Positions 9,823-18,562 of a stretch of 64,000 nucleotides of DNA are shown here, piece after piece (positions within the stretch are counted from its first letter, which is position 1; the number at the start of each line of letters is the position of its first letter). Origin of the DNA: Candidatus Saccharimonadia bacterium. Lineage in GTDB: Bacteria > Patescibacteriota > SICC01. Location: positions 4,279 through 68,278 of the forward strand of contig JANWJF010000001.1 in NCBI GenBank assembly GCA_025449535.1, written 5' to 3'. The notes under the pieces were generated by a model that was not told the DNA's origin, searched no databases, and saw nothing but the letters and a program-made list of their open reading frames with translations. A program made the translations under genes and the position numbers.

Positions 9823-11147
9823 TGGCAACCTCGATAAAACGCATCCGATTCGCATTCGCCGGCATCCTGCTGTTGGCCGTCCTGATAGGACTGGCCGTCT
9901 GGCCGAGCGGTCCGGACCTGAAGTTGTTCGGCCTGGATAAGCAGCTGAAGATTCACGAAGGACTCGACCTCGAAGGCGGTTCGCACCTCGTGTACCAGGC
10001 GGACATGAGCAAGGTCCCGAAGAATGAACGTACCGAACGCCTGGACGGCGTCGTGGACGTGATCGACCGGCGGGTGAATGCCCTCGGTGTCTCCGAGCCA
10101 CTCGTCCAGGCGAACCAGTCTGCCGGCAAGTACCGCGTGATCGTCGAACTGCCGGGCGTCACGGACGTGGAACAGGCTTCTAAGATCATCGGCGCTACGG
10201 TGAACATGGAGTTCCTGGAGCAGGATCCCAAGGCAAAACCTGATCCCACGAATCCGTTCTCGGGCTACAAGCGGCAGACTGAACTGACCGGGGCTGACTT
10301 CAAGCGCGCCAATGTCGGATTCAACCCGCAAACCGGCGAACCCGAGATCAATATCACGTTCGACACCGCCGGTACCAAGGAGTTCGCGGAGATGACCCGT
10401 CGTAGCGTCGGTAAGCCGATCGCCATCGTACTGGACGGCGCGATCATCTCGGCGCCGCGGGTCTCGCAAGAGATCGGAGATGGGAATGCGGTGATCACCG
10501 GCGCTTTCCAGGTCGAGGAAGCGAAGGACCTGGCGTTACAGCTGAACGCCGGCGCGCTACCGGTCCCGGTGGAGCAGGTCGAACAGCGGACCGTGGGACC
10601 GACGCTCGGACAGGATTCCGTCCAGAAGAGCCTGGCCGCCGGTTTGGTCGGGTTGATCCTGGTGGCGGCGTTCATGATCCTCTACTATCGTCTGCCGGGT
10701 GTGCTGGCCGTATTGGCACTCCTGCTGTACACGGGCATCATGATCGCGCTGTTCAAGTTGGTTCCGGTGACGTTGACCTTGGCGGGGATCGCCGGCTTCA
10801 TCCTGTCCATCGGTATCGCCGTGGATGCCAATATCCTGATCTTCGAGCGGATGCGCGAGGAGCTGCGCGACGGACGTTCGTTGCCGACGGCGCTGGAAGT
10901 CGGCTTCTCCCGGGCGTTCACGTCGATCCGGGACTCAAACGCCGCCTCGCTCCTGATGTCCGCCGTGCTGTACGCGTTCGGTTCGGGCACCATCCGCGGG
11001 TTTGCGATCGTCCTGGCGCTTGGCGTTGCGGTCTCACTGTTCTCGGCGATTACCGTCACTCGGACCTTGATGCGCTTGACCGTACGGACCCGTCTGGCGG
11101 AGAGGCCCCGGCTGTGGGACGCGCCGAAAGGAGGCAAGCGTGCTTAG
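9822..11147 (+). CDS. secD: Protein translocase subunit SecD
   Basis: GLDLEGG, RRVNALGVSEP, VGPTLG, AVDANILIFER. Confidence 0.96.
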   Translation: MATSIKRIRFAFAGILLLAVLIGLAVWPSGPDLKLFGLDKQLKIHEGLDLEGGSHLVYQADMSKVPKNERTERLDGVVDVIDRRVNALGVSEPLVQANQSAGKYRVIVELPGVTDVEQASKIIGATVNMEFLEQDPKAKPDPTNPFSGYKRQTELTGADFKRANVGFNPQTGEPEINITFDTAGTKEFAEMTRRSVGKPIAIVLDGAIISAPRVSQEIGDGNAVITGAFQVEEAKDLALQLNAGALPVPVEQVEQRTVGPTLGQDSVQKSLAAGLVGLILVAAFMILYYRLPGVLAVLALLLYTGIMIALFKLVPVTLTLAGIAGFILSIGIAVDANILIFERMREELRDGRSLPTALEVGFSRAFTSIRDSNAASLLMSAVLYAFGSGTIRGFAIVLALGVAVSLFSAITVTRTLMRLTVRTRLAERPRLWDAPKGGKRA

Positions 11148-12045
11148 ACATCTCGCCGACTACCGCAAGTGGTGGTACATACTCTCCGTCCTTCTGATCA
11201 TTCCCGGCACGATCAGCCTGGTGTTCTTCGGCCTGCGGCTCGGCATCGACTTCACGGGAGGCTCCCTGATCGAGCTCCAGACTCCGGCAGGCACGCAGGC
11301 GAGCGAAGTCCGCGAGGCCTTCGGGGAGCAGCACGGCGAACCGGTGGTCCAGTCGACCTCGGCGGGCACGTATCAGGTCCGCGTCAAGCAGTTGGACCCC
11401 TCGCAGTACAACCAGCTCCTAGGGCAGGCGGTCGCCAAGCTGGGCAAAGGGACCGAGGAGCTCCGGTTCGAGACGGTCGGCCCGTCGATCAGCCGGGAGC
11501 TTCGAGACAAGGCGTTCCTGTCCGTGGGCCTCGGTGCCTTGCTGATCCTGCTCTATATCGCGTACGCGTTCCGGAACGTGCCCAAGCCCGCTTCTAGCTG
11601 GCGCTTCGGCGTGACCACCGTCCTTACGTTGCTCCACGACATCCTGTTCGTACTTGGCGCGTTCTCGCTGCTCGGCTACTTCACCGGCCTGGAGGTGGAC
11701 GCGACGTTCGTGGCGGCGATCCTGACCGCGGTCGGTTACTCCGTACACGACACGATCGTCGTCTTCGACCGGATCCGTGAGAACCTGGTCAAACGCGTCG
11801 GCGGGAGCTTCGTGGGGACGGTGAACTACTCTATCGCCCAGACGCTCGTACGCTCGCTGAACACCTCGCTCACGCTGATCCTGGTACTGGTGGCGATGTA
11901 CCTGTTCGGCGGCGAGTCGCTGCACGGGTTCGTGTTGGCGCTGCTGCTCGGCACCTTGATCGGGACTTACAGCTCCATCTTCAACGCCGCGCCGCTCTTG
12001 GTGAGTTGGCAGCAGTGGGCGGAGAAGCGCTCCCGCAAGTCCTAG
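11140..12045 (+). CDS. secF: Protein translocase subunit SecF
   Basis: GIDFTGG, GYSVHDTIVVFDRIRE, GTYSS. Confidence 0.96.
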   Translation: MLRHLADYRKWWYILSVLLIIPGTISLVFFGLRLGIDFTGGSLIELQTPAGTQASEVREAFGEQHGEPVVQSTSAGTYQVRVKQLDPSQYNQLLGQAVAKLGKGTEELRFETVGPSISRELRDKAFLSVGLGALLILLYIAYAFRNVPKPASSWRFGVTTVLTLLHDILFVLGAFSLLGYFTGLEVDATFVAAILTAVGYSVHDTIVVFDRIRENLVKRVGGSFVGTVNYSIAQTLVRSLNTSLTLILVLVAMYLFGGESLHGFVLALLLGTLIGTYSSIFNAAPLLVSWQQWAEKRSRKS

Positions 12046-12558
12046 TCAGGCCACTGCGATCTTCTGCCTGGTCAGGGCGTCGTACAACTTCGTGAACCTC
12101 TCGTGGTTACCTGGACGCTCTTGCCAAAGGGCGGCGCCATGATGATCGATGACCCGAGCTTCGGCCTTCGCCTCTGCGTCGTCGTACCGCTGATGACGTT
12201 TCTCCGTCGACAGACCCGTTCCATGGAGCCTGCCGATCTCCTTGCGCCGCTCACCTCTCTTGGCGGTTTCCGCCTTACTTTCCGCGAAAGCCGCGGCGCC
12301 GGCACGCATCCGCTCGGGGTGCTCAAGTACGCTGTCCATGAACCCACTCCATCGTTCGAGTTCAGTGACCCGTCCGTCGACGTCGGTCTGACCGTCGACG
12401 ACTCCCCAACTCTGGACCCGCAGCTCGAAACGGTCAGCGGACCGCTCAAGGCGTTCCGCCATCGGCAACTCGGGGTCGTCCTGCAGTTCCGCGATACGCT
12501 CGACATCGAGCGCCAACTGCGCCCTTTCTCCGTCCTGGCTGGGTCCCCGTTTACTCAT
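12046..12558 (-). CDS. Hypothetical charged, helical protein
   Basis: Fills the secF-recJ gap; TAGTAT lies 6 nt before the ATG; no recognised motif. Confidence 0.65.
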   Translation of the reverse strand: MSKRGPSQDGERAQLALDVERIAELQDDPELPMAERLERSADRFELRVQSWGVVDGQTDVDGRVTELERWSGFMDSVLEHPERMRAGAAAFAESKAETAKRGERRKEIGRLHGTGLSTEKRHQRYDDAEAKAEARVIDHHGAALWQERPGNHERFTKLYDALTRQKIAVA

Positions 12559-12593
12559 GCGCGTATACTAGTCGATACAGCACCATACAACAT

Positions 12594-14336
12594 ATGTCGC
12601 AAGAAATCAAGTCAACTAAGGTAAAAAATTCCCCTCGTCTGTCGTGGCGAGTTGCCACGGAAGCCCCGGTTTCGCATATGGAGAAGTTCGGAGCATATCC
12701 CCGAGTGGTGGCGCAGCTGCTGCTGAACCGTGGGATCACCGACCCCCGGGAAGCCAAGGCGTTCCTGGAGCCCGACTATAACCATGCTCTCGATGACCCG
12801 GGAGGACTCAAGGACCTGACAGTGGCCGCGGATACGGTCCGTGACGCGATCAAGGCCGGGGAAGCGATCGTGGTCCACGGCGACTACGATGCCGACGGCC
12901 TGACGGCCACCGCCGTACTGTTCGATGTGATCTCCCGTCTCGGTGGGTCCGTGACCACGTTCATCCCCGACCGGTACCAGGACGGGTACGGCGTCACTGC
13001 CGAGACGCTCGAGAAACTCAGGAAGCAGGGCGCCGGGCTGGTCGTGACGGTGGATTGCGGCATCTCGTGCGCCACGGAAATCTCGGAAGGCCGCCGGTCA
13101 GGACTCAAGGTCGTCGTCACCGACCACCACGAGCCGCCGCCCCGTATTCCCGAGGCGGAAGCGGTGGTGAATCCCAAGCGTCCCGGGGACGATTACCCGA
13201 ACAAGGAACTGACCGGGGTGGGGGTCGCGTTCAAGCTGGCCCAGGCCCTGCTGGCAGGCTCCGACTTGGACCAGCGCGGGCGGGAGGCCGCCGAGAAGTG
13301 GCTGCTCGACCTGGTGGCGATCGGGACCGTGGCGGACCTAGCGGACCTACGTGGAGAGAATCGGACCCTGGTGTATTTCGGGCTGACGGTGCTGCGCAAG
13401 TCGCCCCGCCCCGGCCTCCAGGCCTTGCTGACCGCGGCCGGCATCCCGCAGGAGAACGTCACCGCGGGTACGCTCGGGTACACTATCGCGCCGCGCTTGA
13501 ACGCCGCGGGTCGTCTGGGCGGGGCGGACGACGCGCTCGCATTGTTGCTGGCCAAGGACCCTGCGGAAGCCAAGCGCCTGGCCGACGTCCTCGAGGACCG
13601 GAACCGGGAACGCCGGGAGCTGACCGAGACCGCGGTCACCGACGCCCGGGAACAGCTGGGGCGGGTCGCCGACGACCAGGCGATCGTGATCGTCGAAGGG
13701 CCGTGGAAGAGCGGTATCGCCGGCCTGATTGCCGGGCGGCTCAGCCAGACCTACGGCCGGCCGGCACTGGTGTTGGGCAGGGAGGGTGAGCGGTACATCG
13801 GCTCGGCGCGTTCCACCGCCGGCTTCCACATCACCGACGCTTTGCGCGCGCACGAGGAACTGCTCGAGAAGTTCGGCGGGCACGCCCAGGCGGCCGGACT
13901 GACCGTGGCGGCGGACAAGCTGACGCGGTTCAAGGCGGCCCTGCAGGCGTTCGCCGGGAAGCACCTGGGTCCGGACGACTACGTCGCGGTACGGGACGTG
14001 GATCTGGAGGTGCGTGCGGAGGAAGTGACCGAGGAGTTGTGCCGGGCCTTGGACCGTCTCGAGCCGCACGGCCGGGGGAACCCGCGGCCGTGCCTGCTGC
14101 TCAAGGGCGTGACGGTCGAGCGGGTCTCCACCGTCGGCGCGGACGGCACCCACCTTAAGAAGACCTTGCGGCTGCCGGACGGCCGGAGTGTTTCGGCGAT
14201 CGCGTTCGGGGACGGGGAACGGGCGGCGGAGGCGGCTCCGGGAACGATAGTCGACATCATCGGCCGGCCGATGATCAACGAATGGAACGGAAGGACCAGT
14301 CTTGAATGGCGACTCGACGATTTCCGCGGCGCATAG
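12594..14336 (+). CDS. recJ: ssDNA-specific exonuclease RecJ
   Basis: GDYDADG, TVDCG, TDHH, PRLNAAGR, FGGHAQAAG. Confidence 0.96.
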   Translation: MSQEIKSTKVKNSPRLSWRVATEAPVSHMEKFGAYPRVVAQLLLNRGITDPREAKAFLEPDYNHALDDPGGLKDLTVAADTVRDAIKAGEAIVVHGDYDADGLTATAVLFDVISRLGGSVTTFIPDRYQDGYGVTAETLEKLRKQGAGLVVTVDCGISCATEISEGRRSGLKVVVTDHHEPPPRIPEAEAVVNPKRPGDDYPNKELTGVGVAFKLAQALLAGSDLDQRGREAAEKWLLDLVAIGTVADLADLRGENRTLVYFGLTVLRKSPRPGLQALLTAAGIPQENVTAGTLGYTIAPRLNAAGRLGGADDALALLLAKDPAEAKRLADVLEDRNRERRELTETAVTDAREQLGRVADDQAIVIVEGPWKSGIAGLIAGRLSQTYGRPALVLGREGERYIGSARSTAGFHITDALRAHEELLEKFGGHAQAAGLTVAADKLTRFKAALQAFAGKHLGPDDYVAVRDVDLEVRAEEVTEELCRALDRLEPHGRGNPRPCLLLKGVTVERVSTVGADGTHLKKTLRLPDGRSVSAIAFGDGERAAEAAPGTIVDIIGRPMINEWNGRTSLEWRLDDFRGA

Positions 14337-16188
14337 GCGCCTGCAGCGCCGGTTAGGACGCTTCTCCGAAGAGCAGCGCCAGGTGATCGAGCGGGCCTAC
14401 CGCCTGGCGCGAAGTAGCCATGCCGGGCAGTACCGACGTACCGGCGAGCCGTACGTCTGTCACTGCCTGGAGGTGGCGACCATCCTCTGCGGCTGGAAGC
14501 TGGACGGCCCCACCGTGGCCGCGGCGCTCTTGCATGACGTGCTCGAGGACACCGACGTGACGCTGGATGAGTTGGAGCGGGGTTTCGGCGAGGACATCGC
14601 GGGCCTGGTCGAGGCGGTCACGAAGCTTTCCTCGGTCCGCCTGCCCAAGACGGACATCCCGGTCGAGACAGAGAACCTGCGGCGGTTGTTCTTGGCGATG
14701 GCGAAGGATATCCGAGTGGTTCTCCTGAAGCTGGCCGACCGGTTGCATAACATCCGCACGGTCGTCGGCATCAAGGCGGAAAAACGCAAGCGGTTCGCCG
14801 TCGAGACCATCGAGGTGTTCGCGCCGCTGGCGGACGGTCTCGGGATGGGTGAAGTCCGGGCCGAGTTATCCGACCGGGCTTTCGAATATGCACATCCCCA
14901 TGCTTACCGGCGACTTAAGGAAGAGGTCGAGACGGCGATGACGGAAGGCCGGCGGTACTTGGCGCAGGTCAAACGACAGTTCGCTGCCGTCATGGCCAAG
15001 GAAGGTCTCGAGGTCCGAGTGGATGCTAGGACGAAAACGCTGTATAGCCTGTACCGGAAGCTACAGGAAAAACAGCGCGACATCGACAAAGTCTACGACC
15101 TCTTTGCCGTGCGGGTGATCGTACACACGGTCGCCGACTGTTACCGGGGAATGGGCGTGATTCACCGGACCTGGCAGCCGTTGCCACACCGGATCAAGGA
15201 TTACATCGCGGTGCCGAAATCGAACGGATACCGGTCGCTCCACACGACGGTGTTCGGGCCGCACAACCGGCTGCTCGAGGTGCAGTTCCGCACGTGGCAG
15301 ATGCATGACGAAGCCGAACATGGGGTCGCCGCCCACGCCGTGTACGCGGAAGGGAAGCAGCCCAAGCGGGCCACCGAGGAACAGAGCGCGATGATGCGGC
15401 GCCTGAAGAGTTGGCAGGACGAGGTCGCCCAGTCGGCGGACTTCGTGCAGCGGTTCAAGCTGGACCTCTTCACGGATCGGATCTTCGTATTCTCCCCGAA
15501 GGGGCAGGTGCACAGCCTGCCCTCCGGCAGTTCGCCGGTCGACTTCGCGTATAGCGTACATACGGAGGTCGGCCACTCCTGCCGGGGTGCGAACGTGAAC
15601 GGCATCATCGTGCCGCTCGACGGCAGGCTGTCGAACGGCGACGTCGTCGAGATCATCCGCGGCCCGGGCGGACCGAACCGCAACTGGCTGAAATCGGTCC
15701 GGACCGGACATGCCCGGTGGGCGATACGCCGGTATTTCCGCGAGCACGACCGTGGCGCCATGGCGGCGGCCGGTCGCAAGGAGCTAGCGGCGATCCTCCG
15801 GCGCCACCGCCGGCCTGTCACGTTGGACAAACCGGAATGGCAGCGGTTAGAAGGCCTGCTCCCGGGTGCGTCCGACGAGGCTGGGGTACTGGCCGGTATC
15901 GCCGAAGGCCGGTTGAGCGAAGCGGCCATCGCCCGGACACTGGGGTTCGCACCCGCTCCTGCTCCGCGCCGCCGGCCGCGCCGACCGGCCGGTAAGGAAA
16001 GGGTGGTCGTCGACAACCAACGGGGCTTTCCGACTCGTTTGGCGCGCTGCTGCCGACCCCGCCCCGGAGAGAGAATCGTAGGATACGTCACGCTGCAGAA
16101 GGTCGTCAGCGTTCATCGCGAATCTTGTCGCCAGATACAGCGGGCTGGCAGTCCGGAACGCCTGGTCGTCGCCCATTGGGGCGCCTGA
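14302..16188 (+). CDS. rel: Bifunctional (p)ppGpp synthetase/hydrolase Rel (HD-SYNTH-TGS-ZFD; no ACT)
   Basis: LLHDVLED, KLADRLHN, KDYIAVPKSNGYRSLHT, DFAYSVHT, ARCCRP; start codon uncertain. Confidence 0.92.
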   Translation: MNGDSTISAAHRRLQRRLGRFSEEQRQVIERAYRLARSSHAGQYRRTGEPYVCHCLEVATILCGWKLDGPTVAAALLHDVLEDTDVTLDELERGFGEDIAGLVEAVTKLSSVRLPKTDIPVETENLRRLFLAMAKDIRVVLLKLADRLHNIRTVVGIKAEKRKRFAVETIEVFAPLADGLGMGEVRAELSDRAFEYAHPHAYRRLKEEVETAMTEGRRYLAQVKRQFAAVMAKEGLEVRVDARTKTLYSLYRKLQEKQRDIDKVYDLFAVRVIVHTVADCYRGMGVIHRTWQPLPHRIKDYIAVPKSNGYRSLHTTVFGPHNRLLEVQFRTWQMHDEAEHGVAAHAVYAEGKQPKRATEEQSAMMRRLKSWQDEVAQSADFVQRFKLDLFTDRIFVFSPKGQVHSLPSGSSPVDFAYSVHTEVGHSCRGANVNGIIVPLDGRLSNGDVVEIIRGPGGPNRNWLKSVRTGHARWAIRRYFREHDRGAMAAAGRKELAAILRRHRRPVTLDKPEWQRLEGLLPGASDEAGVLAGIAEGRLSEAAIARTLGFAPAPAPRRRPRRPAGKERVVVDNQRGFPTRLARCCRPRPGERIVGYVTLQKVVSVHRESCRQIQRAGSPERLVVAHWGA

Positions 16189-16233
16189 CCCGTTGCCTCG
16201 GTGCGTGCCCGTCCCTAAGCTTGAAAGGTAGCC

Positions 16234-17538
16234 ATGAGTACCTCTCCACAACCGTCAGGCCAGTATCAGACCTTGCGCGGGATGCGTGACATCCTTCCCG
16301 AGGACGCCGCAGCTTACCGCGCCGTCGAGGACGCGTTCTGGGCCGTGGCCCGCAACCACGGCTTCGACGAGATCCGCACGCCGGTCCTGGAGGCGACGGA
16401 CCTGTTCGTGCGCTCGGTCGGCGAGGCGTCCGACATCGTCCATAAGGAGATGTACACGTTCAAGGACCGGTCGGACAGCTCGGTCAGCCTGCGGCCGGAA
16501 GGCACGGCGGGAGTGGCCCGGGCGTACGTCGAGCATGGCATGAAGTCGTTGCCTCAACCGGTGAAGCTGGCGTACTGCTGCAATATGTATCGCTACGAAC
16601 GTCCCCAGGCGGGACGGTTCCGCGAGCACGAACAGTTCGGACTAGAGGCGTTCGGTTCGGACGACCCGGCGACCGACGCGCAGGTCATCCTGGCATGCTG
16701 GCAGGTGCTAGCCAGTCTTGGACTTCCAGGCCTCACGGTCCAGGTCAACTCGCTAGGAGGGGCCGAATCACAGAAGAAAATCAGGCGGCTCATCGTCGAC
16801 ACGGTGACCCCGCAGCAGGAACGCGTCTCCGACGACGCCAAACGGCAGCTCAAGGACAATCCGCTGCGGATCCTGGACAGCAAGGACCAGGCCACTCGGG
16901 AAGTCGTCGAGCAGATCCCACCGCTGGTCGACCAGCTGACGCCGGATGACCGTGATCACCTCACCGCGGCGCTTGAATACCTGGAGCAGGCCGACATCCC
17001 GTACGAACTGAATCCGCACCTGGCCCGGGGCTTCGACTATTACACCCGGACGGTCTTCGAGATCTGGGGGTCCGAAGGCGCTGCCGCTGCCTTGGCCGGC
17101 GGCGGGCGGTACGACGGATTGATTCGTGAACTCGGCGGGACCGACACCCCGGCCGTCGGGGCCGGCTGCGGCGTCTACCGGATCGTCGAGGCCCTTAAGG
17201 CCAAGGCCGGTAAGAAGTCGTTCCGATCGCGTCCCCAGGTGTACCTGATCCAACTCGGCGACGTGGCCAAGCGTCACGCGTTCAGCCTGCTCGGCGAGCT
17301 CACCCAGGCGGGCGTCTCGGTTACTGCGGCCTTCGGCAAGGAAGGGATCCGGGGCCAGCTCCGGCAGGCCGACAAGCTCGGCGTATCGCTAGCTCTGATT
17401 ATCGGACAGAAGGAAGCCATGGAGAACAGCATCATCATCCGGGACATGTCATCGGGCATGCAGGAGACCGTCTCGCTCAAGAAGGCCGTCGAGGAGGTCC
17501 AGGGACGCCTCCCCAAGGACGCCGGCACCGTGGCCTAG
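16234..17538 (+). CDS. hisS: Histidyl-tRNA synthetase
   Basis: LRGMRD, LRPEGTA, RYERPQAGRFRE, RGFDYY, GGGRYDGL. Confidence 0.97.
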   Translation: MSTSPQPSGQYQTLRGMRDILPEDAAAYRAVEDAFWAVARNHGFDEIRTPVLEATDLFVRSVGEASDIVHKEMYTFKDRSDSSVSLRPEGTAGVARAYVEHGMKSLPQPVKLAYCCNMYRYERPQAGRFREHEQFGLEAFGSDDPATDAQVILACWQVLASLGLPGLTVQVNSLGGAESQKKIRRLIVDTVTPQQERVSDDAKRQLKDNPLRILDSKDQATREVVEQIPPLVDQLTPDDRDHLTAALEYLEQADIPYELNPHLARGFDYYTRTVFEIWGSEGAAAALAGGGRYDGLIRELGGTDTPAVGAGCGVYRIVEALKAKAGKKSFRSRPQVYLIQLGDVAKRHAFSLLGELTQAGVSVTAAFGKEGIRGQLRQADKLGVSLALIIGQKEAMENSIIIRDMSSGMQETVSLKKAVEEVQGRLPKDAGTVA

Positions 17539-17570
17539 AGCCTGGCCCGGGTACGCTATATACTGCGGGT

Positions 17571-17900
17571 ATGGCGGATGCATGCATCTTTTGCGATATC
17601 GTGGCGAAAAAAGCGCCGGCCGATGTCGTCCACGAGGACGACCGTGTCTTGGTAATCAAGAACGTCCAACCCCAGGCGCCGGTCCACTTGCTCGTCATTC
17701 CGAAGGAACATCATCCGAACCTGGACTCGCTGTCCGACCGTGACTTGCTGGCGGACATGGTCGCGACCGCCAAGCAGGTCGGCGACGAGCAGAGTGGCGA
17801 AAAAGGATACCGGTTGAACATCAACTCCGCCAAACAGGCAGACATCGGGCATATTCATCTCCACGTCCTCGGAGGACTGGATAAGGAAACCGCACTCTAG
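17571..17900 (+). CDS. HIT-family nucleotide hydrolase (HinT-like)
   Basis: CIFC, PQAPVHLLVIPK, HIHLHVLGG. Confidence 0.93.
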   Translation: MADACIFCDIVAKKAPADVVHEDDRVLVIKNVQPQAPVHLLVIPKEHHPNLDSLSDRDLLADMVATAKQVGDEQSGEKGYRLNINSAKQADIGHIHLHVLGGLDKETAL

Positions 17901-17903
17901 GGG

Positions 17904-18119
17904 GTGATCGATTTGACCGTCGTACAGAAGAAAGACAACGAATCCACGGAGAACCTGATCCGGCGTTTCAACCGGAAGGTCGTCCAGAGCGGCGTGCTGT
18001 CGCTGGCCAAGAAGCGTCGCTTCCACCAGCAGAAACCGAACCGCCGGGCGCGCCGTACCGAGGCGATCCGTGAGGAGAAGCGCCGCCAGGCACGCGCCAA
18101 GCGCATGGGGTGGTATTGA
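17904..18119 (+). CDS. rpsU: 30S ribosomal protein S21
   Basis: NESTENLIRRFNRKV..GVL, basic tail; precedes yqeY. Confidence 0.85.
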   Translation: MIDLTVVQKKDNESTENLIRRFNRKVVQSGVLSLAKKRRFHQQKPNRRARRTEAIREEKRRQARAKRMGWY

Positions 18120-18559
18120 TGTCGCTACTCGAACGCATCCAGTCCGATCTCGTCGAGGCGATGAGGTCGAAGCAGGAACCGGACCGCACGGTCCTCAGGT
18201 CCCTGTCCGCGGCGCTCAAGAACGCGGCGATCGAGGCCGGCGGAGACCTGGACGAGGCGAAGGGATCGGCGGTGGTCGCGAAGCAGCTCAAGCAGCGCGA
18301 GGAATCCGCAGAGGCGGCCAAGGACCGTCCCGAGATGGCCGCGCAGGAACGGGCCGAGGCGGAGATTATCAAGCGGTATCTGCCGAAGCAGCTTTCCGAC
18401 GAGGAGATCGACCGGGCCGTCGAGGAAGCCGTCGCGGCCACCAGTGCCAGCGGACTGGCGGATATCGGCAAGGTCATGGGCGCGCTCAAGGAAAAGACCG
18501 CCGGGCGTGCCGACCAAGGCAAGGTCGTGGCCAAGGTTAAGGAGCGCCTCGGCGCCTAG
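18119..18559 (+). CDS. GatB/YqeY domain protein
   Basis: KQREES, YLPKQLS, DIGKVMG, GRAD. Confidence 0.92.
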   Translation: MSLLERIQSDLVEAMRSKQEPDRTVLRSLSAALKNAAIEAGGDLDEAKGSAVVAKQLKQREESAEAAKDRPEMAAQERAEAEIIKRYLPKQLSDEEIDRAVEEAVAATSASGLADIGKVMGALKEKTAGRADQGKVVAKVKERLGA

Positions 18560-18562
18560 GAC

